From Bdellovibrionales bacterium (GTDB lineage: Bacteria > Bdellovibrionota > Bdellovibrionia > Bdellovibrionales > JAMPXM01), in the NCBI GenBank assembly GCA_043746635.1, contig JAYTQQ010000191.1, forward strand, positions 1 through 60,777: a DNA stretch of 60,777 nt. The letters are read 5' to 3'. Below the pieces are notes generated by a model. That model was not told the DNA's origin. It made no database searches and was given only the letters and a program-made list of their open reading frames with translations. Below are positions 1 to 7,977 of this stretch, in pieces. Each line of letters opens with the position of its first letter. Within the stretch, counting starts at the first letter, position 1. The position numbers and the translations under genes are program-made.

Positions 1-735
1 ATTACCCAGCAAGAAAAAGACAAGCTTGTTGTCGAATATGCTCCTTTGATTAAATTCATCGCGCAGAAAATTGCCGTTCGTCTTCCTTCTAATATTGAAC
101 TTGATGATTTGATTTCAAGTGGCGTTATCGGGCTCATGGATGCTATCGATAAGTATGATCCCACTCGCGATAACAAATTTAAAACCTACGCTGAATTTCG
201 TATTCGTGGGTCCATTCTTGATGAACTTCGTGCCCAGGATTGGGTTCCACGCTCGGTTCGCGATAAAGCAAAACTTTTAGATCGTACGATGGTTGAGCTT
301 GAAGCCGTTCTGGGCCGTGCAGCAACTGACGAAGAAGTTTCGACAAAACTCAATATGAGTATGGAAGAATTCTACGACCTCGTCAATCAGGTCCGCCCAG
401 TGAGCGTTCTTTCGATAGATGACTCAACGACTTTCAGTAACGTTGATAAAAAATCGATCCTCAATATCTTAGAAGGTTGCGCTCTAAACAATCCTTACAA
501 TCAACTCAGTATGAAGTCTGTGAAAGACATCGTGACGAAGGCGATTGAAGAACTGCCAGAGAGACAACGTCTCGTGCTTTCGCTCTATTACTACGAGGAT
601 TTGAACTTGAAAGAGATCGGCAAAGTTTTGAGAGTGACTGAGAGCCGCGTTTCTCAGTTACATGCGCAAGCCGTTAGTCGCCTCAGAGCAAAACTGACTC
701 AAGTATTTAATTCGAACGAGCAAGAGGCTTCGTAA
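1..735 (+). CDS. fliA: RNA polymerase sigma-28 factor FliA (5' end cut by window edge)
   Basis: Frame 1 is open from nt 1 with no stop in 1-45, so the gene is N-terminally truncated by the window. It has sigma-70 region 2 (DDLISSGVIGLMDAIDKYDP...FKTYAEFRIRGSILDELR) and a region 4 HTH (LNLKEIGKVLRVTESRVSQLHAQAVSRLR). Size fits the FliA/WhiG family. Confidence 0.85.
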   Translation: MTQQEKDKLVVEYAPLIKFIAQKIAVRLPSNIELDDLISSGVIGLMDAIDKYDPTRDNKFKTYAEFRIRGSILDELRAQDWVPRSVRDKAKLLDRTMVELEAVLGRAATDEEVSTKLNMSMEEFYDLVNQVRPVSVLSIDDSTTFSNVDKKSILNILEGCALNNPYNQLSMKSVKDIVTKAIEELPERQRLVLSLYYYEDLNLKEIGKVLRVTESRVSQLHAQAVSRLRAKLTQVFNSNEQEAS

Positions 736-739
736 GGAA

Positions 740-779
740 CCAGTTTTTAAGTGCACGGTCCTCCGCACTTAAAAACTGG
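740..779 (+). terminator. 15-bp perfect stem / 10-nt loop hairpin just after the fliA stop; possible terminator, no clear U-tract
   Basis: ccagtttttaagtgc (740-754) is the exact reverse complement of gcacttaaaaactgg (765-779). A T6 run follows only at about 803-808. Confidence 0.4.
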
Positions 780-1027
780 AGTGCGGCTTGCAGAGCATGA
801 GCTTTTTTGTCTTCGTGAATACAAGGTCGTCACTTTCTCCAACATATATAAAATTTTAAATTTGCCTCAAGCAGTAACGTTTCATATTAATACTCTCATC
901 TCAGCTTTAAATCAGAGTGCAAGACTTTGAGCCAGATAAGAGCTTTTCGCATCGCTCAAGATTTAAGTCCAATTCTGATTCATCCGAATCTGTTAATAGG
1001 GAATACTCTTAAATCTCGGAGCTTTAA

Positions 1028-1816
1028 ATGTTGCAGACACGATATTTCGTAGCACATGACGGTGAACAAATGGGACCTTTTACCGTTGATGAGATCACCG
1101 CTAAAATTCAAAGTCGTGAACTAAGCGTGAGCGATTACGTTTTTGATGAAGCCGCTGCTGATTGGTTTATGATTGTCGCGCACCAAGGCTTTGCGGCGCT
1201 CGTACAATTCGCGAAGCCAGTACATGCACCTCGGCCCGAGCCAAAGAAATCTGCCGTTGACATCCCAGAGTGGTTTATCTTAAAAGGCCAAAACCGTTTT
1301 GGCCCGTATTCTTACTTCGATATCGTAAAACTTCTTCAGAGCCGTTCTTTGTTTGAATACGATTACGCTTGGAATCCAAATCTTGAAACTTGGCAGCTCA
1401 TCGCAGAGCTTCACGACTTCAAAGCCGAACGTATTAAAGAATTACAGACCTCAACTCAAACCGATATGAACGAAGTATTCTTTCGCAGACGCCACGCCAG
1501 AGCAAACTACGGTGCGTCTTTGATTGTTCACAACAACTCTAAAGTTTGGAAAGGCAAAAGCTTCGAGATTTCGCCGGGCGGTGCCGGTATCGAGCTTGAG
1601 TCAGGCAATTTACAAATTGGTCAGTCGATCAATATTCATTTTAAGCCGGGTGATGATGTGCCTCCATTTAACTCAAAATGTGAAGTGGTGAGCATGCGTT
1701 CAGTTGATCGCGATAATGAGAAAAAAGTTATTTACGGAATAAAGTTTTTAGAACTCGCACAGCAGACGCAAAATTACCTTGCGCAGTTTACCGAAAAGAA
1801 CGTCAGAGTATCGTAA
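1028..1816 (+). CDS. GYF_2 x2 + PilZ domain protein (predicted c-di-GMP receptor)
   Basis: ATG with GGAG 6 nt upstream. Two GYF-like modules are present (GEQMGPFTVDEITAKIQSRELSVSDYVFDEAAADW; GQNRFGPYSYFDIVKLLQSRSLFEYDYAWNPNLETW). The C-terminal PilZ signature is RRRHAR (RxxxR) followed by EISPGGAG ((D/N)xSxxG-like). Confidence 0.75.
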   Translation: MLQTRYFVAHDGEQMGPFTVDEITAKIQSRELSVSDYVFDEAAADWFMIVAHQGFAALVQFAKPVHAPRPEPKKSAVDIPEWFILKGQNRFGPYSYFDIVKLLQSRSLFEYDYAWNPNLETWQLIAELHDFKAERIKELQTSTQTDMNEVFFRRRHARANYGASLIVHNNSKVWKGKSFEISPGGAGIELESGNLQIGQSINIHFKPGDDVPPFNSKCEVVSMRSVDRDNEKKVIYGIKFLELAQQTQNYLAQFTEKNVRVS

Positions 1817-1914
1817 GAAAGTCATAAACTAAGACACGCCTTAACACTGCATGTACTCTCCCTAGGGCGCGGAGCAAAGATGAGAAATGTTTCTCATCTT
1901 TTGGGAGAGCTACA

Positions 1915-2946
1915 ATGAGAGTCGTACAAAAAATTTATACTTCTTTGATGGCACTTGCACTAATGGCGAGCTGCTCACAACAAAGTTTTGATCTCACTCC
2001 GCAAACCAAAAATTTTGCTCAAAGTGTGAAGTACAATCGCCAAGCCGACGTTCTCATCGTGATGGAAGCATCGGGCGCCATGGACCAACAAAAACGTTAC
2101 GCAGCGATTGCGGCCCAAATGCCGGCATTAGTGAAAGTACTAAACGCGGCAAACCTCGATTACCATATCGCCGTCACGACTATGACGACGCGTTTTCAGG
2201 ATCCGCAAACTCAAAACATGATCGGCCAGGGCGGACAATTTATCGATCACGGCGATGGTCTTCCTCTCGTTTTGAGTTCGACCCAACCTAACCTCGGAAA
2301 TGTTCTTGCGAACCGTCTTACTTTTAACTCGGGCGACTACTTATCTCCCGTTAATTTTGGCAGACTCGCGGTTCAGAACGCTTTAAGTTCACCGCTCCTG
2401 GCCGGGCTGAACTCTGGTTTCTTAAGAGACAATGCGCTTCTCAACGTCATTTTCATTTCTTCGAAAGAAGATGATGTTAACAATACGACTACTGTCGATC
2501 TCGTTTCGTTTCTTAATAAGTTACGCCCACCCCTGGCTACCACGGGCCAACGTAGCTGGTTCGCTCATTACGTTGGAGTTCTTTCGAATGCCACCACCGA
2601 CCAATGTGCTTCGGCACAGTGGGGCTATCGTTCGGCAGGTCTTAAATTCATGGATGTCGTGACTGCGTCGGGCGGATCAGCAACGACAATTTGCTCGAGC
2701 GACTTAACCGTTGCCGTACAAAATGTTCAGGCGCGTATTTTAGAAATTGTTACGGATTATCATTTAGATCAGATACCTAACGTTTCGACAATTTTAGTTT
2801 ACGAGGCAGGGGTTTTAGTTCCGCAAAACTCAACCAATGGTTGGACTTACGATTCGAGTATACAGTCGCTCGTGTTTCATGGCACTTCGATTCCGCCGGA
2901 CGGAACTCCATTTCATGTCGACTACACCCCAGCGAGTATACAATGA
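1915..2946 (+). CDS. Lipoprotein with vWA-like fold and degenerate MIDAS; first gene of the envelope operon
   Basis: Signal peptide with lipobox (LALMASC). The segment DVLIVMEASGAMD and the later VIFISSKEDD resemble vWA beta-strands with a degenerate DxSxS motif. The stop overlaps the next start (ATGA at 2943-2946). Confidence 0.55.
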   Translation: MRVVQKIYTSLMALALMASCSQQSFDLTPQTKNFAQSVKYNRQADVLIVMEASGAMDQQKRYAAIAAQMPALVKVLNAANLDYHIAVTTMTTRFQDPQTQNMIGQGGQFIDHGDGLPLVLSSTQPNLGNVLANRLTFNSGDYLSPVNFGRLAVQNALSSPLLAGLNSGFLRDNALLNVIFISSKEDDVNNTTTVDLVSFLNKLRPPLATTGQRSWFAHYVGVLSNATTDQCASAQWGYRSAGLKFMDVVTASGGSATTICSSDLTVAVQNVQARILEIVTDYHLDQIPNVSTILVYEAGVLVPQNSTNGWTYDSSIQSLVFHGTSIPPDGTPFHVDYTPASIQ

Positions 2947-5927
2947 AAATTTTGATCTCGGTTCTTCTATTCTTAAGTCTTTCTCAATCGGTTTTTGCCG
3001 GGCAAAAGTCTGCACCTAAAGACATGTCCGTTGAAGAGCAATTGAAATTTAAAGACGGAGACGAAAAAGGAAACGATATCAAGGCACTCAAAACAGAGCT
3101 TCTCGTGGAGAATAGCGAAAAGCACGCTCTCGCTCAATTGCAGAAACTACTTGAGAAACATAAAGGTAAAAAGCTAGAGGCAGATATTCTCTACCGCATG
3201 GGCGAACTCTATATGCGTCGTGCACGCAGTGAAAGATTTTTTGAAATTCATAAAGACGACAAAGAAATCATGAGCTTCTTGCCGACGATCGTGAAAGAAG
3301 GGGCCGAGAAAGTTCAGATCAAAAAAGCGATCGCTATCTATGAAGACGTTCAGTCCCGTTTCAAAAGCTATCGTAACATCGACATGATTATTTTTAATGA
3401 AGGTTACGCTCTCGAGCAACTCGGTGACGTAAAAATGGCCGAAACGACTTTCGCCAAGCTCATAAAAAATTATCCTGATTCACCTTTGTTGCCAGACGCG
3501 TATATGTCAGTTGGTGAGTTGAATTATAACAACAAGAAGTTTGCCGTAGCTCTCGAGAATTTTAAACAAGTTCGTAAATTCACCGAAGCTCGAGTCTATC
3601 CGTACTCGATCTACAAGGGTGCTTGGTGCTATTACAATCTTCAAAATACAAAAAATGGTCTTAAAGAACTAGAAGCTGTGGTCGAATACGGTGCAAAAAT
3701 TGCCGAATTAAAACTCGACGCTAAACTTGATCTTCGTAAAGAAGCATTAAGCGACATGACTCTCTTTTACTCGGATGTTGGTTCGAGCCAAAATGCTGTG
3801 GATTACTTTGTGGGACAAGCCCGTGAGCTTGATCCGGCTCCGATGTTAATTCGCCTTTCAGACCTCTACGACCGAGGTGCAAAGTACGCGGATATCGAAA
3901 CGCTTCTTAGCCATTTCATCGACAAAATGCCGAAAAACGAATTGGTCGCTAGCGCTAGAGAACGCCTCATATGGAATAATGAACATTTAAAGCTTCGTAA
4001 AAAAGCAGTCGAGCAAATGATGGCCCTCGACCAACTCTGTAAAGACCGCGCTACTGTATTGAGCAAGGCCGGCAAAATAGAACGCACAGATTGCCAAGAG
4101 AAGATTACCGATGCGAGCAAGAAATTGGCTCAAAGATGGCACGCTCTCTGGAAGAAAAAAGCCAACGAAGATGATCTCCTCCCGAGTGCGGAAGTCGCTT
4201 ACCAAATCTATTTACAAAATTTAGATCCAAAAGATGAAGAACAAAATCAGCTCCGGATGTCTTACGCTGAGCTCTTGTTTCAAGAAGAAAAATTTCGTGA
4301 AGGTTCAGTTCAGTACGCGAGTATCGATGCTTTTCATCCTGATAAAAAATTGGGAGTCGATGCGGCTTACGGAGCGATCTTAAGCTTAGAGAAAGCAACC
4401 GCTGATAAATGGAGCGACCTAGATGAAAAAAATTTTTCGATGTTGGCGAATGTTTATCTTACGAAATACCCAGCTGCTGATTTCGCACTCGATATCGAAT
4501 TTAAGAAATATTTTATCGCTTACCAGAAACAAAGATATGATGAGGCGGCGGTCGGGTTCAAAAAGCTCGGATGGAGCGAAACTGACAAGAAGAAATTAGG
4601 CCAAGACAAGATTATCAAGTCTCAAGATTTGTATCTTGATATTTTGAATATTCGAAAAGACTATAAAAATCTGAAAGAAGCGGCGAGCCTGTTGCTTAAG
4701 AAAGATTCGGATAGCTCTCGAATCGTCACCGTCGAGAAAATTTACCGTGAAGCTTACTTTGCGGAGATACAAGGTTTTGAAGAAAGCGGCGACACCGCTA
4801 AGGCAATCGAAGCTTACAAAAAGTTTGCGGTTGAACAAAAGAAAACAGAACTGGGACCTAAAGCTTGGTGGAACGCCTCTCAGCTCGAGTTTAAATCGGG
4901 CGACCTCTTATCTGGTGCAAACACTTGCTATCAGATGTCTAAATTATTTAAGGATAGTCCACAGGTAAAAGATTGTCTAACTAGGGCGGCTGGAGCTTTT
5001 GAATCTCTCGCTCGTTTAGATTTAGCGGCAGTTGTTTTAGTCGATCTTTGCGAATTTGATAAGGTAAATGAAAATCGGTGGCGTGAACTTGCTGCCGATT
5101 TCTTAGCTCTCAGTCGGAATCGTCAACAAGCGATTAGCATGTACGCGAAACTCGCTGAATCTCGCAAAGATTCTAGGGAGAAATTGGCACTCATCGAAAA
5201 GCAGCTCGATCTCGCCAAGCTCGATGAGAATCAAAAACAAATTTCGGATCTTAAAAGAGAAGTAGTGAGCTCAGGCGTCGAACCAGAAGTCAGCCAGATT
5301 TCGGTTGAACAAGCTGAACAAAAATTCACAGAAGGTGATTTTACCACTGCATTTAATATGTCTAAAAAAATAATTGGTCGAGACAATTTGCCTAAGAATC
5401 TCTTGGCGCGGGCTCGATTTATTCAGGCACAGGTACTTGATGACGAATTTAAAAAGCAAAGTGTTAAGGCCCACATTGAGAAAATTGCCACGGTACTTGC
5501 GATTAAAACTGAAAAGCTTGAGAAGGCACAGAAAGCATATCAGTCTGCGATCGAATTCGGTGATCCAGAGGTTTCTGTGAAATCGATTCGTAATCTCGCC
5601 GCTTGTTACTTACAGTACGCTCAGTCGCTTAGAAATATTCAGCTCAGTGGAGACGTCAGTGAAGTCGATCGAACGGCTTTTCATAAAGAGATCGAAAATC
5701 TGATCACCCCTATGGAAGACAAAGGAATCGACAGCTTAAATCAAGCTTTGATCGCGGCCAAAAAATTTCATTTCTACAACCAGATAGTTGTCGATATTCA
5801 ACGTGAATTAGACAAATTGAATCTTAAAACTGAGCCGCTTCCTCTCAATCAGATTCAAAGCCCTCCGATGTACTTACCTAAAAGAAGTATGAAGTTCGGT
5901 GGCCTCGCCGTTCTAGGAGGAAACTAA
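2943..5927 (+). CDS. Large secreted TPR-repeat protein, 994 aa (GltD/AgmU/NfsD-like?)
   Basis: I moved the start from the ORF-track position (2841) to ATG 2943, which gives a canonical signal peptide (MKILISVLLFLSLSQSVFAG). Multiple TPR-like repeats are present (e.g. FNEGYALEQLGDVKMAETTFAKLIKNYPDSPLLPDAYMSVGELNY). Confidence 0.6.
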   Translation: MKILISVLLFLSLSQSVFAGQKSAPKDMSVEEQLKFKDGDEKGNDIKALKTELLVENSEKHALAQLQKLLEKHKGKKLEADILYRMGELYMRRARSERFFEIHKDDKEIMSFLPTIVKEGAEKVQIKKAIAIYEDVQSRFKSYRNIDMIIFNEGYALEQLGDVKMAETTFAKLIKNYPDSPLLPDAYMSVGELNYNNKKFAVALENFKQVRKFTEARVYPYSIYKGAWCYYNLQNTKNGLKELEAVVEYGAKIAELKLDAKLDLRKEALSDMTLFYSDVGSSQNAVDYFVGQARELDPAPMLIRLSDLYDRGAKYADIETLLSHFIDKMPKNELVASARERLIWNNEHLKLRKKAVEQMMALDQLCKDRATVLSKAGKIERTDCQEKITDASKKLAQRWHALWKKKANEDDLLPSAEVAYQIYLQNLDPKDEEQNQLRMSYAELLFQEEKFREGSVQYASIDAFHPDKKLGVDAAYGAILSLEKATADKWSDLDEKNFSMLANVYLTKYPAADFALDIEFKKYFIAYQKQRYDEAAVGFKKLGWSETDKKKLGQDKIIKSQDLYLDILNIRKDYKNLKEAASLLLKKDSDSSRIVTVEKIYREAYFAEIQGFEESGDTAKAIEAYKKFAVEQKKTELGPKAWWNASQLEFKSGDLLSGANTCYQMSKLFKDSPQVKDCLTRAAGAFESLARLDLAAVVLVDLCEFDKVNENRWRELAADFLALSRNRQQAISMYAKLAESRKDSREKLALIEKQLDLAKLDENQKQISDLKREVVSSGVEPEVSQISVEQAEQKFTEGDFTTAFNMSKKIIGRDNLPKNLLARARFIQAQVLDDEFKKQSVKAHIEKIATVLAIKTEKLEKAQKAYQSAIEFGDPEVSVKSIRNLAACYLQYAQSLRNIQLSGDVSEVDRTAFHKEIENLITPMEDKGIDSLNQALIAAKKFHFYNQIVVDIQRELDKLNLKTEPLPLNQIQSPPMYLPKRSMKFGGLAVLGGN

Positions 5928-5928
5928 G

Positions 5929-6903
5929 ATGCGTGAACTTATTTTAGCGGCAATACTTTTAAGCTTTGGATGTGCGGAGAAAGGCGTGAAAGATGCAAAC
6001 TCAAATCCTAAGCAAAAATCGATGATCGTCGACCAAAAAAAAGTCAATACGGATATTTACTTTGAATCTTTCGATTTTAAGCCCTACGTTTTTGCAAAAT
6101 CTGCCGAAACTTGCCTACAGTTGGCCGAATTCAAAGGCAAAGACTGGAAAACCCTTCTCGAGAGCATTAACAACTGTGCACAAACGAATCAATGGCTCAG
6201 CGTTGAAACCACTGCGCAAGAGCTCGTTAAAACAAATGTCAATTCTCCATGGGGTCCTTACTATTTAAGTTTAGCGGCTGAATATAATAAAGACCTTCCG
6301 CGCGCGCTTTGGATGATTGATCTCGCAATTAAAAAGGCGTCATCGCAAATGGCGATCTTGCAGTATCAACGTGGCAGACTCCTGTGGCTGCTCGATCAAA
6401 AAGACCTAGCGTATAAAGAGATGACCTTGTCGGCGAGACTGGATAAGACCGTATTCGACGCGAATTTATTTCTCGCCGAAGTCGCTTATCACGAGCTTGA
6501 TTATAAAGCGGCAGAAGTTAAATTTAAGGAAGTCCTAAGCGTTGATTCGAAAAACTACGCGGCGCTCGTTGATGGTGCCGAGTGCGTGATCAATGGCGGA
6601 GATCCGAAATTGGCGGCCGAGTTTCTCGAAAAAGCAATATCTTCTCGTCCTGATAATTTGCAAAATCGCATGCGTCTTGCACAAGTTTACGAAGAGCTTC
6701 AGAAGCAGCCAGAATTGGCTCTAAACGCTTACCGCACACTCAAAGAAGCGATCAACCGTGGGACCGTTCACGATCATCCGTCAATTGATCTCAATGAAAA
6801 AATTAAAATGTTGGAAGCAAGCCTTCCTAAAAATTTGCCAAAAAATGCACCAAAAAATGCAACCGATTCGAACGTAAAGCGTGGCGCAGCCGGAACTTTT
6901 TGA
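5929..6903 (+). CDS. TPR-repeat lipoprotein, 324 aa (GltE/NfsE-like?)
   Basis: GGAGGA lies upstream of the ATG, and there is a 1-nt gap from the previous stop. Lipobox LLSFGC. TPR repeats are present. The C-terminus carries a PKNLPKNAPKNA repeat. Confidence 0.6.
   Translation: MRELILAAILLSFGCAEKGVKDANSNPKQKSMIVDQKKVNTDIYFESFDFKPYVFAKSAETCLQLAEFKGKDWKTLLESINNCAQTNQWLSVETTAQELVKTNVNSPWGPYYLSLAAEYNKDLPRALWMIDLAIKKASSQMAILQYQRGRLLWLLDQKDLAYKEMTLSARLDKTVFDANLFLAEVAYHELDYKAAEVKFKEVLSVDSKNYAALVDGAECVINGGDPKLAAEFLEKAISSRPDNLQNRMRLAQVYEELQKQPELALNAYRTLKEAINRGTVHDHPSIDLNEKIKMLEASLPKNLPKNAPKNATDSNVKRGAAGTF
6826..6861 (+). repeat. 12-nt tandem repeat x3 encoding PKNL/PKNA/PKNA
   Basis: The units are cctaaaaatttg | ccaaaaaatgca | ccaaaaaatgca, in frame inside the 5929-6903 CDS. 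Confidence 0.8.
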
Positions 6904-6913
6904 GAGGAGATTT

Positions 6914-7177
6914 ATGAAAATAAAATTCAGTTTACAAAGCTTCATCGTGATTTTGGCAGCACTGAGTGTGTTCACAACATCGACAGTATTTGCCAAAACG
7001 GTGAAGTATCGTAAGACCCAAGATGTAAATTTTGATGAGACAAATATTGATGGGGTCGTACGTAATCCAGATGGAGCGTATCTCGTTCAAAAACGAGGCA
7101 TCGACTTCATGCCCCTCTATAAAGTTAGGCGCAATTTTGACGAAAACATTAAAGAGTCCGCGTACTACATTAAATGA
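6914..7177 (+). CDS. Small secreted protein, 87 aa (GltF/NfsF-like position)
   Basis: ATG 6914 is preceded by GAGGAGA. Signal peptide MKIKFSLQSFIVILAALSVFTTSTVFA. The mature part is about 60 aa and charged (VNFDETNIDGVVRNPDGAYLVQKRGIDFMPLYKVRRNFDENI). The stop overlaps the next start (ATGA 7174-7177). Confidence 0.6.
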   Translation: MKIKFSLQSFIVILAALSVFTTSTVFAKTVKYRKTQDVNFDETNIDGVVRNPDGAYLVQKRGIDFMPLYKVRRNFDENIKESAYYIK

Positions 7178-7965
7178 CCGATTTTAAGACTCTGGGAGCT
7201 TTTATGAAAATGACAACAAACCTCATTCTGTCAGGAATTCTGATTTTAGCGCCGCATGCATTCGCTGCGGATCTAAAGTCCGCGCCTACGGCTTCGGACA
7301 ATTCAGCGGCTGCGCAGCCGAATTCAGATAAGCTCGACGTTTCCGATCTTGAAAAGAAATATTGGACGGCTAAAGACACTGATTTTTCTGTCGTTCAGAA
7401 CCGCGCGTACGCAAAAGCAAATCGTTTTGCCTTCTCGGCCATGTACGGACCAGTGATAAATGACTCGTACTCTGACGGTTTTTCTTATGATCTTTCGCTT
7501 CAGTACTTTACGAGCGAACGTTCTGGTTTTGAGCTCGAGTATGTGACGAATATTACAAAAGATAACAATGCGGTGAATGTATTTAACAATCAATACGGAA
7601 CACGTCCCGACTTTGATCGTACGACAAGCTACTACGGAGCGAATTGGAACTGGGTTCCGATCTACGCAAAAATGAGTTTGATGAATTCTAAGATTCTTTA
7701 TTTTGATATGGCATTTAGCCCAGGTATCGGAGTTACAAACTACGATCAACAGAGATATAATGCATCAAGTGTTTCAAAAACGGCTCCGACTTTTTCTTTT
7801 AACGTTACTCAGCACTTCTTTCTCTCGAACCATTTTGCAATTCGTGGAGAGTTTCAGAACCGTTGGTTTAATGAAGACATTGTTGGATATAAGTCGAACG
7901 CGAGCGTGCGCACCGATTTCGCTCATGATACTAACCTTTTGTTTGGACTTGATTTCTTCTTTTAA
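7174..7965 (+). CDS. Outer-membrane beta-barrel protein, about 260 aa (GltA/GltB/NfsA/B-like?)
   Basis: Signal peptide (LILAPHAFA; alternative starts at 7204 and 7210). Alternating hydrophobic/aromatic beta-strand pattern. The terminus LLFGLDFFF is a typical OMP C-terminal Phe signature. Confidence 0.65.
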   Translation: MTDFKTLGAFMKMTTNLILSGILILAPHAFAADLKSAPTASDNSAAAQPNSDKLDVSDLEKKYWTAKDTDFSVVQNRAYAKANRFAFSAMYGPVINDSYSDGFSYDLSLQYFTSERSGFELEYVTNITKDNNAVNVFNNQYGTRPDFDRTTSYYGANWNWVPIYAKMSLMNSKILYFDMAFSPGIGVTNYDQQRYNASSVSKTAPTFSFNVTQHFFLSNHFAIRGEFQNRWFNEDIVGYKSNASVRTDFAHDTNLLFGLDFFF

Positions 7966-7977
7966 TAGAAAGTTTTT

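Noticed and set aside
964-990. Sigma-28-like promoter (TAAG-N15-tCCGAAtc) about 40 nt upstream of the GYF-PilZ gene
   Set aside because: Only the CCGA core, about half of the -10 consensus GCCGATAA, matches, and the -35 element is TAAG rather than TAAA. That is too weak to call without transcript mapping. I mention it because a FliA-dependent link would matter for the first two findings.
2841-2942. ORF-track start (2841) for the large TPR protein, plus similar upstream extensions at 6881, 14441, 17949, 24394, 26683, 37635, 40649, 42816, 46318, 12191, 23429 and 56954
   Set aside because: These are the longest-ORF starts, often non-ATG, and they overlap the preceding gene. In each case an internal ATG with an RBS gives a signal peptide or the family-typical N-terminus, so I used that instead.
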